From an uncultured virus (IMG/VR IMGVR_UViG_3300027985_001212) (lineage: Duplodnaviria; Heunggongvirae; Uroviricota; Caudoviricetes), in IMG/VR virus record IMGVR_UViG_3300027985_001212: DNA of 64,000 nucleotides. The stretch is one strand, 5' to 3'. Positions 47,104-57,242 of the stretch are shown here, one piece after another. Numbering within the stretch: position 1 is the stretch's first letter; every line of letters starts with the position of its first letter. Below the pieces are notes generated by a model that worked only from the letters and a program-made list of their open reading frames with translations, was not told the origin of the DNA and searched no databases. The position numbers and the translations under genes are program-made.

Positions 47104-47856
47104 ATGGCTAATCGAACCCCCCGGAGCCGTACGGCCCGGACTACCGAGAAAAAAACGATGAACGATACGACCACTCCCACTGAAACGCCGCCGGCAGCGC
47201 CTGAAGTAACTAACCCGCCGTCAGATGACGTGGTGTCCGCCCCGGATGCGGCGCCCGATGACGTAACCGCACCGGCGCCGCATGAAAGCACGTCGCTGCC
47301 TGATCCTGACGCGACCACCCCCGATACCGCCCCTGAAGAGGAACCCGAAATCGTGACCGCAACTGTAACCGAAGTAACCCCTCTCGAAGCAACGCCTTCG
47401 GCGATTCACAACGTGGATATGTCCGAACGCAACCCGCTGTTGCTGATCGACACCATCATGCGCAACTACATCGCCGCCACTAACCGTACCGTGGCGATGA
47501 ATCCGAAGAAGTTCGGCATTGCGCAGTCGGAACTGTATACCGTGATCTCCGTCATCAATCGCCTGCCCACCAAAGACGTGGCCGACGCACTGAAGATCAT
47601 CCACGCCTACATCAACACCTCGCTCAACGACGTGTTCGCCGCCAAACATCGCTGGCGCTTCGCCGGTGAAGTAGAAAGCAACTACGTCAAAGGCCGCAAG
47701 TGGGTTATCTTTACCCGCTTCTATAACCTGATGTGCGATACCGCCGATCCGAAAACCCGGAAGGTGGTCATTCAGCAGCTCGGGGCTGGGCTGGAAACGG
47801 CCATTGCTGCGTTTGAGGAGCCGATCCAAGAGATGATCCGTCGTTACTTCAAGTGA
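47104..47856 (+). CDS. Hypothetical protein with Pro/Thr/Asp-rich N-terminus (phiKZ gp81 region)
   Basis: GAGG RBS; highly-expressed codon bias. Confidence 0.65.
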   Translation: MANRTPRSRTARTTEKKTMNDTTTPTETPPAAPEVTNPPSDDVVSAPDAAPDDVTAPAPHESTSLPDPDATTPDTAPEEEPEIVTATVTEVTPLEATPSAIHNVDMSERNPLLLIDTIMRNYIAATNRTVAMNPKKFGIAQSELYTVISVINRLPTKDVADALKIIHAYINTSLNDVFAAKHRWRFAGEVESNYVKGRKWVIFTRFYNLMCDTADPKTRKVVIQQLGAGLETAIAAFEEPIQEMIRRYFK

Positions 47857-47865
47857 CGCTGAGCC

Positions 47866-47910
47866 TACCTAGAGAGACCCCTAGGGGTCTCTCTAGGTAT
47901 TATGCTGCCG
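47866..47910 (+). terminator. Perfect palindromic hairpin with TATGCTGCCG tail
   Basis: TACCTAGAGAGACCCC-TA-GGGGTCTCTCTAGGTA between convergent genes. Confidence 0.7.
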
Positions 47911-47917
47911 GCAAGGC

Positions 47918-49606
47918 TCATTGCGTTTCAGTAAAAGAGGCCGTAAAGCGATCTAACAGTTCAGTATAGGTCGGTAAGTTCAGGATTTCGGCGCCGATCT
48001 CTGCACAGTTAACGACACCCGCGGTCAGGTTAATCCCCGCATTGCGTTGCATCGCCATGCTGACCGTATCAATCGCGGTCAGTTCCCGCCGGGTTGTTTC
48101 TCGCGAAATATTCGCGATGATAGTGCCCGTAGGATAAGCCCCCTCTACGTCTAAATCGGACACGTACATGCGGATAAATGTTCGCGTATTGGGTAGCTCC
48201 GCTATGGCTTTAAGGCCATTACGTTCCAGCAAGTGACAGGGGAGTGTCACAATCCATTGACGCATTGAGACGATGTATACATCGTCATCATCCCGCATCT
48301 GATCGGACGTGGTACCGACCACTCGGGGCGGCGTTTCATCCAGCTCGTGGAAATGAAGCCGGTTGGCGATGCGGCGCGGGTTAGAGGCAAAGACGGAATA
48401 CTCCGAGAACCCACATAGCCCAGGAACGACCATGGCGATATCTTGGTTTTTCTCATCCAACAGTTCAACGGAGATATCATCGAATAAGTTGTATACGCCA
48501 TATTCGACTTTATAGTTTTTTTGCATAAAGATGTGCCAATCGGTCTTAGTAAGATGATTGGCAAAGTCGAAGTCAAGTTTACGTATCCCCAGCTCAGTAT
48601 TCAATACATCGTCCAGCTTATAACTGGGTACGTTACCCCCTGCCCGACGTACCTGTTTATAACTGCACATACTGTCTATGAAGTAGAACCCCGCCATCGA
48701 TCGAAAACTGTGCCACCGGTCAGCACTGTGAATCGGCGTTATTTTTCCTTCCTGCGTAACCTTCTGCTTCGGCCCTTCCGTATATTCCGCCATCCAGTAC
48801 TCGGGCGGCACCCGCGGATCGTTAAAGATCGACAGGATATCTTCACCAGCCGCCTCCAGCGTATCGAGTATTTTTGGAAGGTCGAAGTTGATATTCCACA
48901 CGGTAATGAAATCAGGCGACCATTCATGTGCCTTACGCATGATCGCTTTGATACATTCTGCCGGGGTAATGTGGTTTTCAATCTCCAGATTAATGTTACG
49001 TGCGGTAATGTATTCCCCCAGGTATTCATGGGCCTTATCCCGCAGCTTTTGTTTAAAGTCCGCCGGGTCGCCATCAATAAACCAGTCTGCCACACATAGA
49101 ATCGCACGGTCTTTAAAGGTCAAAGAGATGTACATGATGTTGCCGTGCCCTTCGACCACATCCGTCTCTATGTCAAGCACCGCCACGGTGGAGGGGGATA
49201 GGGCGGCTGGCCAGCGTTTCATACACTCCGCTTTAAACAACGTCGGGGTTGTAATGTCAGCCCCGTAGACGTACGGGTTACGGCACACACGGCGCAACGG
49301 TAAATGTGCCATCGGTTGGTTCAATGCCCGTCCAATTTGACGTGACAAGACGGCTTGGTTGCATCTGAACTCTTTAACCCGTTCTTTTAACTCACTGCTT
49401 TTTTTCTGTTTATGATTACGCCACTTTGGTTTAGTGATAAAAAACGGACGCTCATAATTCTTACGCATGACAAGGTGACGGATCTGTTCACCGTTTGGAC
49501 AATGTTCTACCACCTTCGCCACTAGCAAATCGGTGCCGTTACGGCCGCGATGTTCATTATAGAACGCATGTTTACATTCGAACTGACTTTTTGGTTGTTC
49601 AGACAT
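47918..49606 (-). CDS. Family B DNA polymerase N-terminal subunit: 3'-5' exonuclease plus motif A (phiKZ gp82-like)
   Basis: ExoI VLDIETD, ExoII WNINFDLP, ExoIII YNLFD, motif A DLDVEGAYP; AGGAG RBS before ATG 49606. Confidence 0.85.
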   Translation of the reverse strand: MSEQPKSQFECKHAFYNEHRGRNGTDLLVAKVVEHCPNGEQIRHLVMRKNYERPFFITKPKWRNHKQKKSSELKERVKEFRCNQAVLSRQIGRALNQPMAHLPLRRVCRNPYVYGADITTPTLFKAECMKRWPAALSPSTVAVLDIETDVVEGHGNIMYISLTFKDRAILCVADWFIDGDPADFKQKLRDKAHEYLGEYITARNINLEIENHITPAECIKAIMRKAHEWSPDFITVWNINFDLPKILDTLEAAGEDILSIFNDPRVPPEYWMAEYTEGPKQKVTQEGKITPIHSADRWHSFRSMAGFYFIDSMCSYKQVRRAGGNVPSYKLDDVLNTELGIRKLDFDFANHLTKTDWHIFMQKNYKVEYGVYNLFDDISVELLDEKNQDIAMVVPGLCGFSEYSVFASNPRRIANRLHFHELDETPPRVVGTTSDQMRDDDDVYIVSMRQWIVTLPCHLLERNGLKAIAELPNTRTFIRMYVSDLDVEGAYPTGTIIANISRETTRRELTAIDTVSMAMQRNAGINLTAGVVNCAEIGAEILNLPTYTELLDRFTASFTETQ

Positions 49607-49705
49607 CTGTCTGACTCCTGTATTGCGAATCCGTAGCATACTATCCCTATGAGCGGTAAAAAGTTATGGTATTTTTGGTATGATGATAGAGAGAGGCGTT
49701 GAAAA

Positions 49706-51022
49706 ATGGATACGTTTGATTTAAACCAAACAATCGAAACCTCGTTACAAGCACTACCGTTTAAGAACAACAAACGGCTTTACGAAGCGCTGGTTACTAT
49801 GGTGGTGAAACTCCGTACCGACCGTAACTATACAGCCCGTGGGTTTAAAGACGCCGGCTTTACTCAGATCGTCAAAGCAGAAACCGGCATGCAGGTCACT
49901 ATTGCAGTGGAGCCGGTTAGTTTTTTTAACGCCTGGGCCAGCCCGCCCGACCTGAAACAACACCATTCGTTGATCGCCGGCCCGTTCGATGTATTCTACC
50001 GTGGTGAAGAGGGTATCCGTTTGCTGCGAAAATCGAAAGGGATCATCAAAGGCACGGTGGATGATCGTATTGGTAAAGTGGGTGGCAGTTTCTCTGACAT
50101 TCCCCTGAAAATCGGAATCACCTTCGGCGCGTTATACGGCGACCCGGAGCGGGCACGGGACGTTGCGCTGGAAGACGTCCGTAAAAATATCAAGCAACTG
50201 TACCCCGAAGAAGCGGTCATGATCATCATGCATGAACTGGGGCACCTGTATCAGTATTTTCGCTATATCGTCAGCCAGGTCACCTTTAACCAGGTCATGA
50301 CCACGGCGAACCGATTGGCTACGGAACAGACAGATCGCGTCAAGCATGTCGAGATCTATAAAGAAGCGGCGTCCGTGTTGAAAGTCGACGTGGATCCGGA
50401 TGCGCTCGCGGGACGCAGTCCACAGGAGATCTATCTGGTGTTTGTCCGCGCTGACCGTCAGCGCATGCGCTCGGGCGACGGATCAGAGATCTATGACATG
50501 GTGTCATTTGAGTCGCTGGCCGATCAGTTTGCGATCCGCGCAGGCGATGCGGTATATCACAGCACCGCGTTGGAAAAGATGAGTAAACTTGACAATGATC
50601 CCGCGACACGGTCTATGTTCGCCCATGTATTTATTGAAACGATTAGCCTAATCGTGCTCATCGGTATCAATGTCGTTGTCCCGGGGGCGATCGTCATTAC
50701 CCTTATGTTACTGCTCCTTATTGGCCGACCGGACGTTGACACCTACGATAATGCGGAAGTGCGGATCCGGCGCATTAAAGAGCAGATGATCGACCAGCTC
50801 CGGCATACCAACGAAGCCCGGCTGGTGGAGGATATCAAGGCGGTCGATGAGGCCTTGAATAGTATGTCAGCCAAACGTGAGTTCTATCTGTTCCTGTATC
50901 AGACCCTGTCACCATCGGGCCGCGCCGAGCGGACGCAGGCACTGTTCCAGCGTAAGTTGGAAGAGATGACCCATTCGGATATCGTGTGGTATAGCCGCCG
51001 GTTGGATAACGCGGTTAGCTAA
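49706..51022 (+). CDS. Virion protein with HExxH zincin-like motif (phiKZ gp84-like)
   Basis: IMHELGHL and E.LADQFA; hydrophobic segment; N-terminal ETSLQ processing-type motif. Confidence 0.7.
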   Translation: MDTFDLNQTIETSLQALPFKNNKRLYEALVTMVVKLRTDRNYTARGFKDAGFTQIVKAETGMQVTIAVEPVSFFNAWASPPDLKQHHSLIAGPFDVFYRGEEGIRLLRKSKGIIKGTVDDRIGKVGGSFSDIPLKIGITFGALYGDPERARDVALEDVRKNIKQLYPEEAVMIIMHELGHLYQYFRYIVSQVTFNQVMTTANRLATEQTDRVKHVEIYKEAASVLKVDVDPDALAGRSPQEIYLVFVRADRQRMRSGDGSEIYDMVSFESLADQFAIRAGDAVYHSTALEKMSKLDNDPATRSMFAHVFIETISLIVLIGINVVVPGAIVITLMLLLLIGRPDVDTYDNAEVRIRRIKEQMIDQLRHTNEARLVEDIKAVDEALNSMSAKREFYLFLYQTLSPSGRAERTQALFQRKLEEMTHSDIVWYSRRLDNAVS

Positions 51023-51044
51023 CCCCCCCCCCTATTTTTAAAGA

Positions 51045-51518
51045 GTGAGAAAGACCATGAACAACGTACAGACATCGCTGGATACCTTTCTGAAACAACT
51101 GGACAACGTAGACGCCCAGACCCGCGCACAGCTGACCGCGCTAACCGTAGGGGTGATGGTGGGCTATAAAGCCGATATCCCCAGCGCACCGGTGGGGGAT
51201 CTCTTTAGCTATCGCATGAATATCATCGATGGTCAGATTGATATCGCCCTCAACAAAGTGGTCGAGGAGTGCGTCTTTAACTGGGAACTGGCAAAAGCCA
51301 CCGCCCGCAAGGTGTGGGAGTACCGGTACGGGATGGTGCATACACCGACCTACGCCCTCTATACCCGCCCGATCATGAAGATGTTGACCCATGAGAAGAT
51401 GGGGTTGGTCAGTGAACAGACCGCTAACTGCGTGCGCAAATTGGAAAAAGACATCCCGGCGAGCCTGACCTCGCTGCTAGAGGCGGCGGGCCGGTCACTG
51501 GATAAAGGGGAGGTATAA
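51045..51518 (+). CDS. Conserved hypothetical protein (phiKZ gp85 region)
   Basis: 157 aa; VWEYRY motif; start may be ATG 51057. Confidence 0.6.
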   Translation: MRKTMNNVQTSLDTFLKQLDNVDAQTRAQLTALTVGVMVGYKADIPSAPVGDLFSYRMNIIDGQIDIALNKVVEECVFNWELAKATARKVWEYRYGMVHTPTYALYTRPIMKMLTHEKMGLVSEQTANCVRKLEKDIPASLTSLLEAAGRSLDKGEV

Positions 51519-51521
51519 GTC

Positions 51522-54263
51522 ATGCAGGATACCATGGGCGAAGCGGTGCTGTTCGATACGGCGGGTCTTGACGACCTGTCAATGCAGGCCCTGGAGTTTA
51601 TCGAGTTTCGTAACGACTCGGCCTTTAAATCAGTACAGAGCGCACAGAACCGTTATGACGAAGCGATGCTGCTCTTTAAAACCCTGGATGAGGAAAGTGC
51701 TACCTGCCGTGGCCTAATGGAGTCGGCACAAAGCCTGTGTCCGGACGCCTTTTACTGCGAGATGCCCTTGGCAAGTTTTACCGCGGCCATGTCGACCACT
51801 AACTACGACATCTCGTGTCAGAGTATTGCGGAGATGACCGGTAAGATGGCGGTGGGGGTGGCGCTGGCGGTGGTAGCCGCATTCGTGGCCTTAGTGGCGG
51901 TAATCCGACGCTTCTTCAGTAACATACTCGGCCGGGTTGAGCGGGTACGAATGAAGTCGAAGAAAGTGGAGGGTGAACGCCGCCGGCTCGACGATGCCTA
52001 CTACAAGTTAGATCCGAACCAGCGCCAAACGTACGCGGCCGAAGCAAAGCGTATCGAAGAGCAACTGATGGCCACGGTCCGTCCGGCCGCCTCCCCGTTC
52101 TTTAAGAACGTACTGATGGGTGGCAGCGGTAACCTGGATAAGCTTATCGGTCTGTTGACGGCCTCCATCAGTGCCATGGATATGCAGAAACTTAACCAGC
52201 TATTGGATAAGCTCAACAATACCTGGGTGGCCCATTTTAAGGACGGCACCATCCAGTCCAGTGGGTCTGTGGTCGCCAATGCTGAAGGGATTAATAACTT
52301 CTTTAATCCCATTCTGGCTGAAGTCAAAACGATTGTCGCGGAGGTGGAAGCCTACCGGGCGGACGTGATGGGTGTCATGGATAAAAACTGCCAGGAGGTA
52401 GCGAAGCTGGTAGGGTTAAAGGCGAGTCGTGTGGCCGGTTTCAGCAGCGTAGCGAACCAGTTAGATGAAGGGCGCAAAGAAACTGACCCCAATGAAATCC
52501 TGCGTGAATGGAGTGCCCGTAAGCGCGAGTATCAGCTGTTTATCGAGCCTGCTAAGGCAGACGGGAATCTCGATAACGTACAGCGTACGGTTAATCATCA
52601 CGACTCGGCTGCCGAAAAACTCACCCGCAACACCACGGCGTTAGAGAAACGTATGCAGGCGATGGTGTCGAAGCCCTCCGGTAAGGATAAAAAGATTCTG
52701 AACCGCGTCGAGCTGGCTAAACAAAGCATCATGAACCAGGTCAAATTAGGGATTCGTCAAATTCGGCAGATTGTCGCTGAAGGAGGCGCCGCCACACGCC
52801 TGTTGATGGCGGTGCTGGATGAAATCGACCGTAACCTCACCGCGGCCGACAGTGAAATCGCCATGCGTAAACAGATTATTGCGCGTGTCTTACGGACCAC
52901 CCCCTCCACGCAAGGGTGGTCTCCAGTGGTTACGGCTACGTCATTGGATGAGTTTGAAGCCTGTCTGGACGAGTTAGCCGTTAGCTATCAATCCGTGATG
53001 GCGGATACACCGGAAGCCCAGGTTGAACTGGATCACGAGTATAGCCGCGTCTGTGCGCTGCAGTCATTGCTCGGCGAGATACAGGTCGCGGGGGCAGTGT
53101 CGACCCAGGGCTTAATCACCTTGCAAACGTACCTGCCGGAAGAGGTCGCGGCACTGGAAGCCGCCGGTGAACCCCTAACGGTGTCGACCCAGGGCGCGCT
53201 TGACGTGATCATCAAAGCGCTATTTCTCGTCTTGGGGGGGCTGTTTACGTCGCTGATCGCCTTCATTCTAAAGTTTGGGCTGATACTGAAGGTATTCAGT
53301 TCACTGAAAGCGGTCTATCGGCGGTTACGCACACAGATTGATTACGGCCTATTCACCGACAAATCCTTCAAGGATCTTTACGCCGCCAATAAGGAAGCCC
53401 TCGACCGGCTTTATCTGCCGGTGATCAACCCGTACATCGTCCGGATGTATACCGGCGACGTACCGAAGGTCATTGCTTTTATCAGCGGGTTTGATCGTGC
53501 CCTCAATAAATCGGCCTTGTATACCGCGGTGGTCACAAACCGGTATCTGACGCCGATGTCCGCGATCGAAAGTTTGCTGGCAACGCGTAACATTGCGGAC
53601 CTGGATCTCCGACAGTTTACCGCCATGGCGGATCAGCTGAACGACCAGATCACCGTAATGCAGAGTGATGTGGATGCCTTCAATCTGATGTTGCAAGATC
53701 CCGCCCATATCGGCGAGTTGATCGATATTGCGGTAACGCAAGGGGTGTACGCCCGTAGCGGGGAAGGGGATACTAGCCGTATCACGAATCTAGCCGAGAC
53801 CTACCGAACGCTGGTCGCCATGACCGGCGATGCCCAGGTCGAAGCGATGGTGCGCGCCACGCCCCTAAAGAAACCCCTGGCTATTGGGAGTAAACTGTTA
53901 ATCGATCCGATCGAACTGACCTTGAATGTGGATCGGCATATCAATGCCATCGAATCCGCCGGCCGGCACTTGAAAAACGTTAAGGCAGAGCTGGCCAAGT
54001 TCCACCAGCGGATCATGCAGCACAAATCCACTGACCCAAGTTGGGATATGGGCGCGATGCAGCAGGCTGCCAACAATTTCGGCACCACGCTGACGACCTA
54101 TAACCTGATGTATAACCGGGTTACTGTTAATATCAGTCAGAGCATCAGTCTGCTGAAAACGTTTATCGAAGAAGATATCCGCATGAAACGACTGGGACAG
54201 GAGGAGTCCCGGATCATACGTAATAACCTGGATGTCGTTATGACATTCGAAGTTGGAATGTAG
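51522..54263 (+). CDS. Large head protein with two propeptide plus hydrophobic-helix units; probable polyprotein
   Basis: GGAGG RBS; SF T...S.TNY..SCQ followed by a hydrophobic helix; internal VSYQ/VSTQ/VSTQ cluster followed by a second hydrophobic helix. Confidence 0.65.
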   Translation: MQDTMGEAVLFDTAGLDDLSMQALEFIEFRNDSAFKSVQSAQNRYDEAMLLFKTLDEESATCRGLMESAQSLCPDAFYCEMPLASFTAAMSTTNYDISCQSIAEMTGKMAVGVALAVVAAFVALVAVIRRFFSNILGRVERVRMKSKKVEGERRRLDDAYYKLDPNQRQTYAAEAKRIEEQLMATVRPAASPFFKNVLMGGSGNLDKLIGLLTASISAMDMQKLNQLLDKLNNTWVAHFKDGTIQSSGSVVANAEGINNFFNPILAEVKTIVAEVEAYRADVMGVMDKNCQEVAKLVGLKASRVAGFSSVANQLDEGRKETDPNEILREWSARKREYQLFIEPAKADGNLDNVQRTVNHHDSAAEKLTRNTTALEKRMQAMVSKPSGKDKKILNRVELAKQSIMNQVKLGIRQIRQIVAEGGAATRLLMAVLDEIDRNLTAADSEIAMRKQIIARVLRTTPSTQGWSPVVTATSLDEFEACLDELAVSYQSVMADTPEAQVELDHEYSRVCALQSLLGEIQVAGAVSTQGLITLQTYLPEEVAALEAAGEPLTVSTQGALDVIIKALFLVLGGLFTSLIAFILKFGLILKVFSSLKAVYRRLRTQIDYGLFTDKSFKDLYAANKEALDRLYLPVINPYIVRMYTGDVPKVIAFISGFDRALNKSALYTAVVTNRYLTPMSAIESLLATRNIADLDLRQFTAMADQLNDQITVMQSDVDAFNLMLQDPAHIGELIDIAVTQGVYARSGEGDTSRITNLAETYRTLVAMTGDAQVEAMVRATPLKKPLAIGSKLLIDPIELTLNVDRHINAIESAGRHLKNVKAELAKFHQRIMQHKSTDPSWDMGAMQQAANNFGTTLTTYNLMYNRVTVNISQSISLLKTFIEEDIRMKRLGQEESRIIRNNLDVVMTFEVGM

Positions 54264-54274
54264 GTCACGGCCAA

Positions 54275-54308
54275 AAGTAGACTACTGGGACATCCCAGTA
54301 GTCTACTT
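54275..54308. terminator. Hairpin terminator between convergent genes
   Basis: 16-bp inverted repeat AAGTAGACTACTGGGA / TCCCAGTAGTCTACTT. Confidence 0.7.
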
Positions 54309-54318
54309 AGGTTATCGG

Positions 54319-57231
54319 TTATAACGCGCGGTGTTTTACAAACTCGATATTAAGATCATCCTCGATCGCTAACCGACCATTTTCCAACACTGTCAGGCGT
54401 TTACCAATACTGATACGGGACGTCGTATCCGTTAAGGTCACCACCTCGTACTCATTCCCCTCCTCATCTTTTATATCAGAGATACGGACCGAGACAATAT
54501 CATCCCCCGCCAAGGCGCGAATGCTGTCCACCAGCGTCGAGTTCGAAACCGTCGTATTGGTGAGCGTATCTGCAATCGCCGCCACGGCAGTAGCCTTGAG
54601 TGCATTGCGCAGATCCGTGTTTTTATAGGTCACATCGTCCACGTAAAAGGTCACGTTGAACCCCTGACGTGCTGGAATCGTGACCTCTTCAGCGTCATCG
54701 GCAATCACCTTAATGGTGCCGGTCCCGATTTCCGGATAGTACAGGATTTTGGTTTCCTCCAAGGCCACATCGTTCAGTGCACTGAGGGTATCCGTCACCC
54801 ACCCCTGAATTACCGTAGGCACACTGGCGATATACGCTAGAGTATCCTCATCGGTCGCAAATTGATAGCGTCCATCCAGCAGCATCAAATCAATCAGCCG
54901 CAACAACCCACGCTCCGCATTGATGACCGGTTCACCGTCCACAAACACCTGACTCCCCGCCGCATGCAAGACCACCTGTTCACCCGTGACCTCATCGATG
55001 ACGGGGTCACCCACCGCATGTAACACCGTCGCACTGTACGTCCCGTCCCCGTTATCAGTGATCACCGGATCGCCATTAACATCTTCCAGCAAGACCGTTT
55101 TAGTCCAAAAAGACAGCACGTCACTGCCGTATTTTTCATAACCATACGGACTTAAGGTGGTCCGGCTATTCGCCCACAAATAGGTCATGGCATACCCGAA
55201 CTGAATGCTCAGGGTCTCTTCGATGATCCCATGTCCTTCATCGGTTAACAGGAACTGCGCAATGTGCTCATCAATGCTGCTGGCCTCCATCCCTACAGTG
55301 GCATACCCGGTGACCGCATAGACAAGCGTAAACTCCGCATTGAGGTTAACCGAAATAGTCCGGCTATCCCCATCGAACATCTGGAAATTCTGTAACTGCA
55401 AGCGATCATAGCCATCGATATCAAACGCGGTATCTAAATCAAACTGATACACCCGTTCGTTATCACTCAGTCCCACCAGAGTACCGTTGATATAGGCCCG
55501 TACGGAATCATCATCCGGAACGATGCTCAGCTGGGGCACTAGCAGATCATCATCCAGCGCCTTAATGACCGCGCCCGAGGTGACTTTGACGGTTAATCGG
55601 TATCCCGCCTCCGTCCTATCGATACGGTAGGTATCCGTGGCAATCTGTAACCCCAAGGTGTCATTTTCGATCACGAAGGTTTTACTGACAATGGCCGGGG
55701 CGTCCAGATAGTACGGCCGTATTGAGAACTGACTGTTCGCCGCGTTTAAAACATAGTGAAAGGGTGAATACCCCAGACTACGTTCGTTAACCAGGTTCAT
55801 AATTGTCTCGGGAGTTTGTGCCTTAATGGCATCCACCTCCGCCTGGGTCAGTAGGGTGGGTACTCCGTTCTCCAGGTCGTAAATGATATCCGGCAAGATG
55901 GTATACCGGTTTGTGCTGTGCTGGTGCACGGCCGAATGTTGCACCAGGTCAGCGAGTGTCGTAGACAGCGTTGCAATAGTCGCGGCTATACCGCTGGAGG
56001 TACCACCATCGTCCGGGGCGGGGATTGGCTTCGTGGCCAAAATCGTACGCTGCCCCAGGTTATCCACGTCGAGGACTTTACCGAAGCCCGCATCTTTCAG
56101 TCGCGTACTCAGTTGGTTCGAGGTGATCGGTTGGTCAATCCCACTGCTGCTGTTATTGATCACCCGCTCACGCATGGTTTCAAAATCTACCCCATCGGTC
56201 CCACCGTTAATGTTGCTAATGGACCAGATAGTCAGGGTACTGAAATTATTGAGGGGGGCACTGTAGACGCTGGTGTCGTCACTGTCCAAGTCACGCCACT
56301 GCGTCACGTAATTACGTACGTCTTGCGACCCTAGATCAAGCTGTAGATTACCTTTTGAACTATAGATATCAACCCGGAGTTCATCCAGTAGGTTCTCGCG
56401 TGCGTAATACACGGGCGGGATCCGTACGGTGAGCCCACTTTCATCCAGCGTTAACAACGCCGTCGGCTTTAAGACGTCAAACGTTTGGTCGCTGTGTGTG
56501 GTTAACAGTTCAGTCCAGCTACTCCCTCCACTGGAGCGCATAAACACCCGCGCGTAGTAGAACTGATCGCTCACGGCATAGGTGCGCTTAAAGGGCGTCG
56601 CTGAATTCAGTGTGTCAGTATGGCTTACCAGTAACATCTGGTCCATCGGCACATAGAGGCACAACATCCGCACGTTGTTAAGCAATACCTCTTTCCATTC
56701 GACTAAGTTACTGGTCAAGGTTTGTAACGGTGAATCGATATCGCCGTCATAGACCACATGAATACCCCCATGGCCCATCAGACGGATCTCAATGGGGTAT
56801 TGTAAGGTAAAGGTCGCCCCCCCGACAGTAACCGATGTATGCCGCGGAATCACCAGTTTACGGATATTACCGACCCCGGTAGCGATTGCCTTACTGATAA
56901 ACTCTTCCTTAGAAAAAGCAAAGATAATCGTAGCGTTAGCAGGGGTGCAAAAACGATCCAGGTAATCCACGTCCGACATATGGCGATAAAGGTCCGACCA
57001 GCTTTCCGCCAGCACCGGGTATAACTTGCGCATCTCCATCTCCGTGCGGGCCAGTTGCGCCCCACCGGTTTCGGCAATCGCCTCAATCGCTAAATTAAAC
57101 GGTGAGGTCGCATCCAGAATATCCTTCGACCCCCCGGACCGTTCAACCACCTCATTGATGATCATGCGATAGATCGCCTTGGGGTTAAACCGGAACTGAT
57201 CGATTTTTGACTGAAAATCTTCAATAGCCAC
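54319..57231 (-). CDS. Large virion structural/baseplate protein (phiKZ gp87-like)
   Basis: 970 aa; LYRHMSD.DY...F and FTLQYPIEIR motifs; AAGGAG RBS; synteny. Confidence 0.7.
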   Translation of the reverse strand: MAIEDFQSKIDQFRFNPKAIYRMIINEVVERSGGSKDILDATSPFNLAIEAIAETGGAQLARTEMEMRKLYPVLAESWSDLYRHMSDVDYLDRFCTPANATIIFAFSKEEFISKAIATGVGNIRKLVIPRHTSVTVGGATFTLQYPIEIRLMGHGGIHVVYDGDIDSPLQTLTSNLVEWKEVLLNNVRMLCLYVPMDQMLLVSHTDTLNSATPFKRTYAVSDQFYYARVFMRSSGGSSWTELLTTHSDQTFDVLKPTALLTLDESGLTVRIPPVYYARENLLDELRVDIYSSKGNLQLDLGSQDVRNYVTQWRDLDSDDTSVYSAPLNNFSTLTIWSISNINGGTDGVDFETMRERVINNSSSGIDQPITSNQLSTRLKDAGFGKVLDVDNLGQRTILATKPIPAPDDGGTSSGIAATIATLSTTLADLVQHSAVHQHSTNRYTILPDIIYDLENGVPTLLTQAEVDAIKAQTPETIMNLVNERSLGYSPFHYVLNAANSQFSIRPYYLDAPAIVSKTFVIENDTLGLQIATDTYRIDRTEAGYRLTVKVTSGAVIKALDDDLLVPQLSIVPDDDSVRAYINGTLVGLSDNERVYQFDLDTAFDIDGYDRLQLQNFQMFDGDSRTISVNLNAEFTLVYAVTGYATVGMEASSIDEHIAQFLLTDEGHGIIEETLSIQFGYAMTYLWANSRTTLSPYGYEKYGSDVLSFWTKTVLLEDVNGDPVITDNGDGTYSATVLHAVGDPVIDEVTGEQVVLHAAGSQVFVDGEPVINAERGLLRLIDLMLLDGRYQFATDEDTLAYIASVPTVIQGWVTDTLSALNDVALEETKILYYPEIGTGTIKVIADDAEEVTIPARQGFNVTFYVDDVTYKNTDLRNALKATAVAAIADTLTNTTVSNSTLVDSIRALAGDDIVSVRISDIKDEEGNEYEVVTLTDTTSRISIGKRLTVLENGRLAIEDDLNIEFVKHRAL

Positions 57232-57242
57232 AGTGGTGCTCC

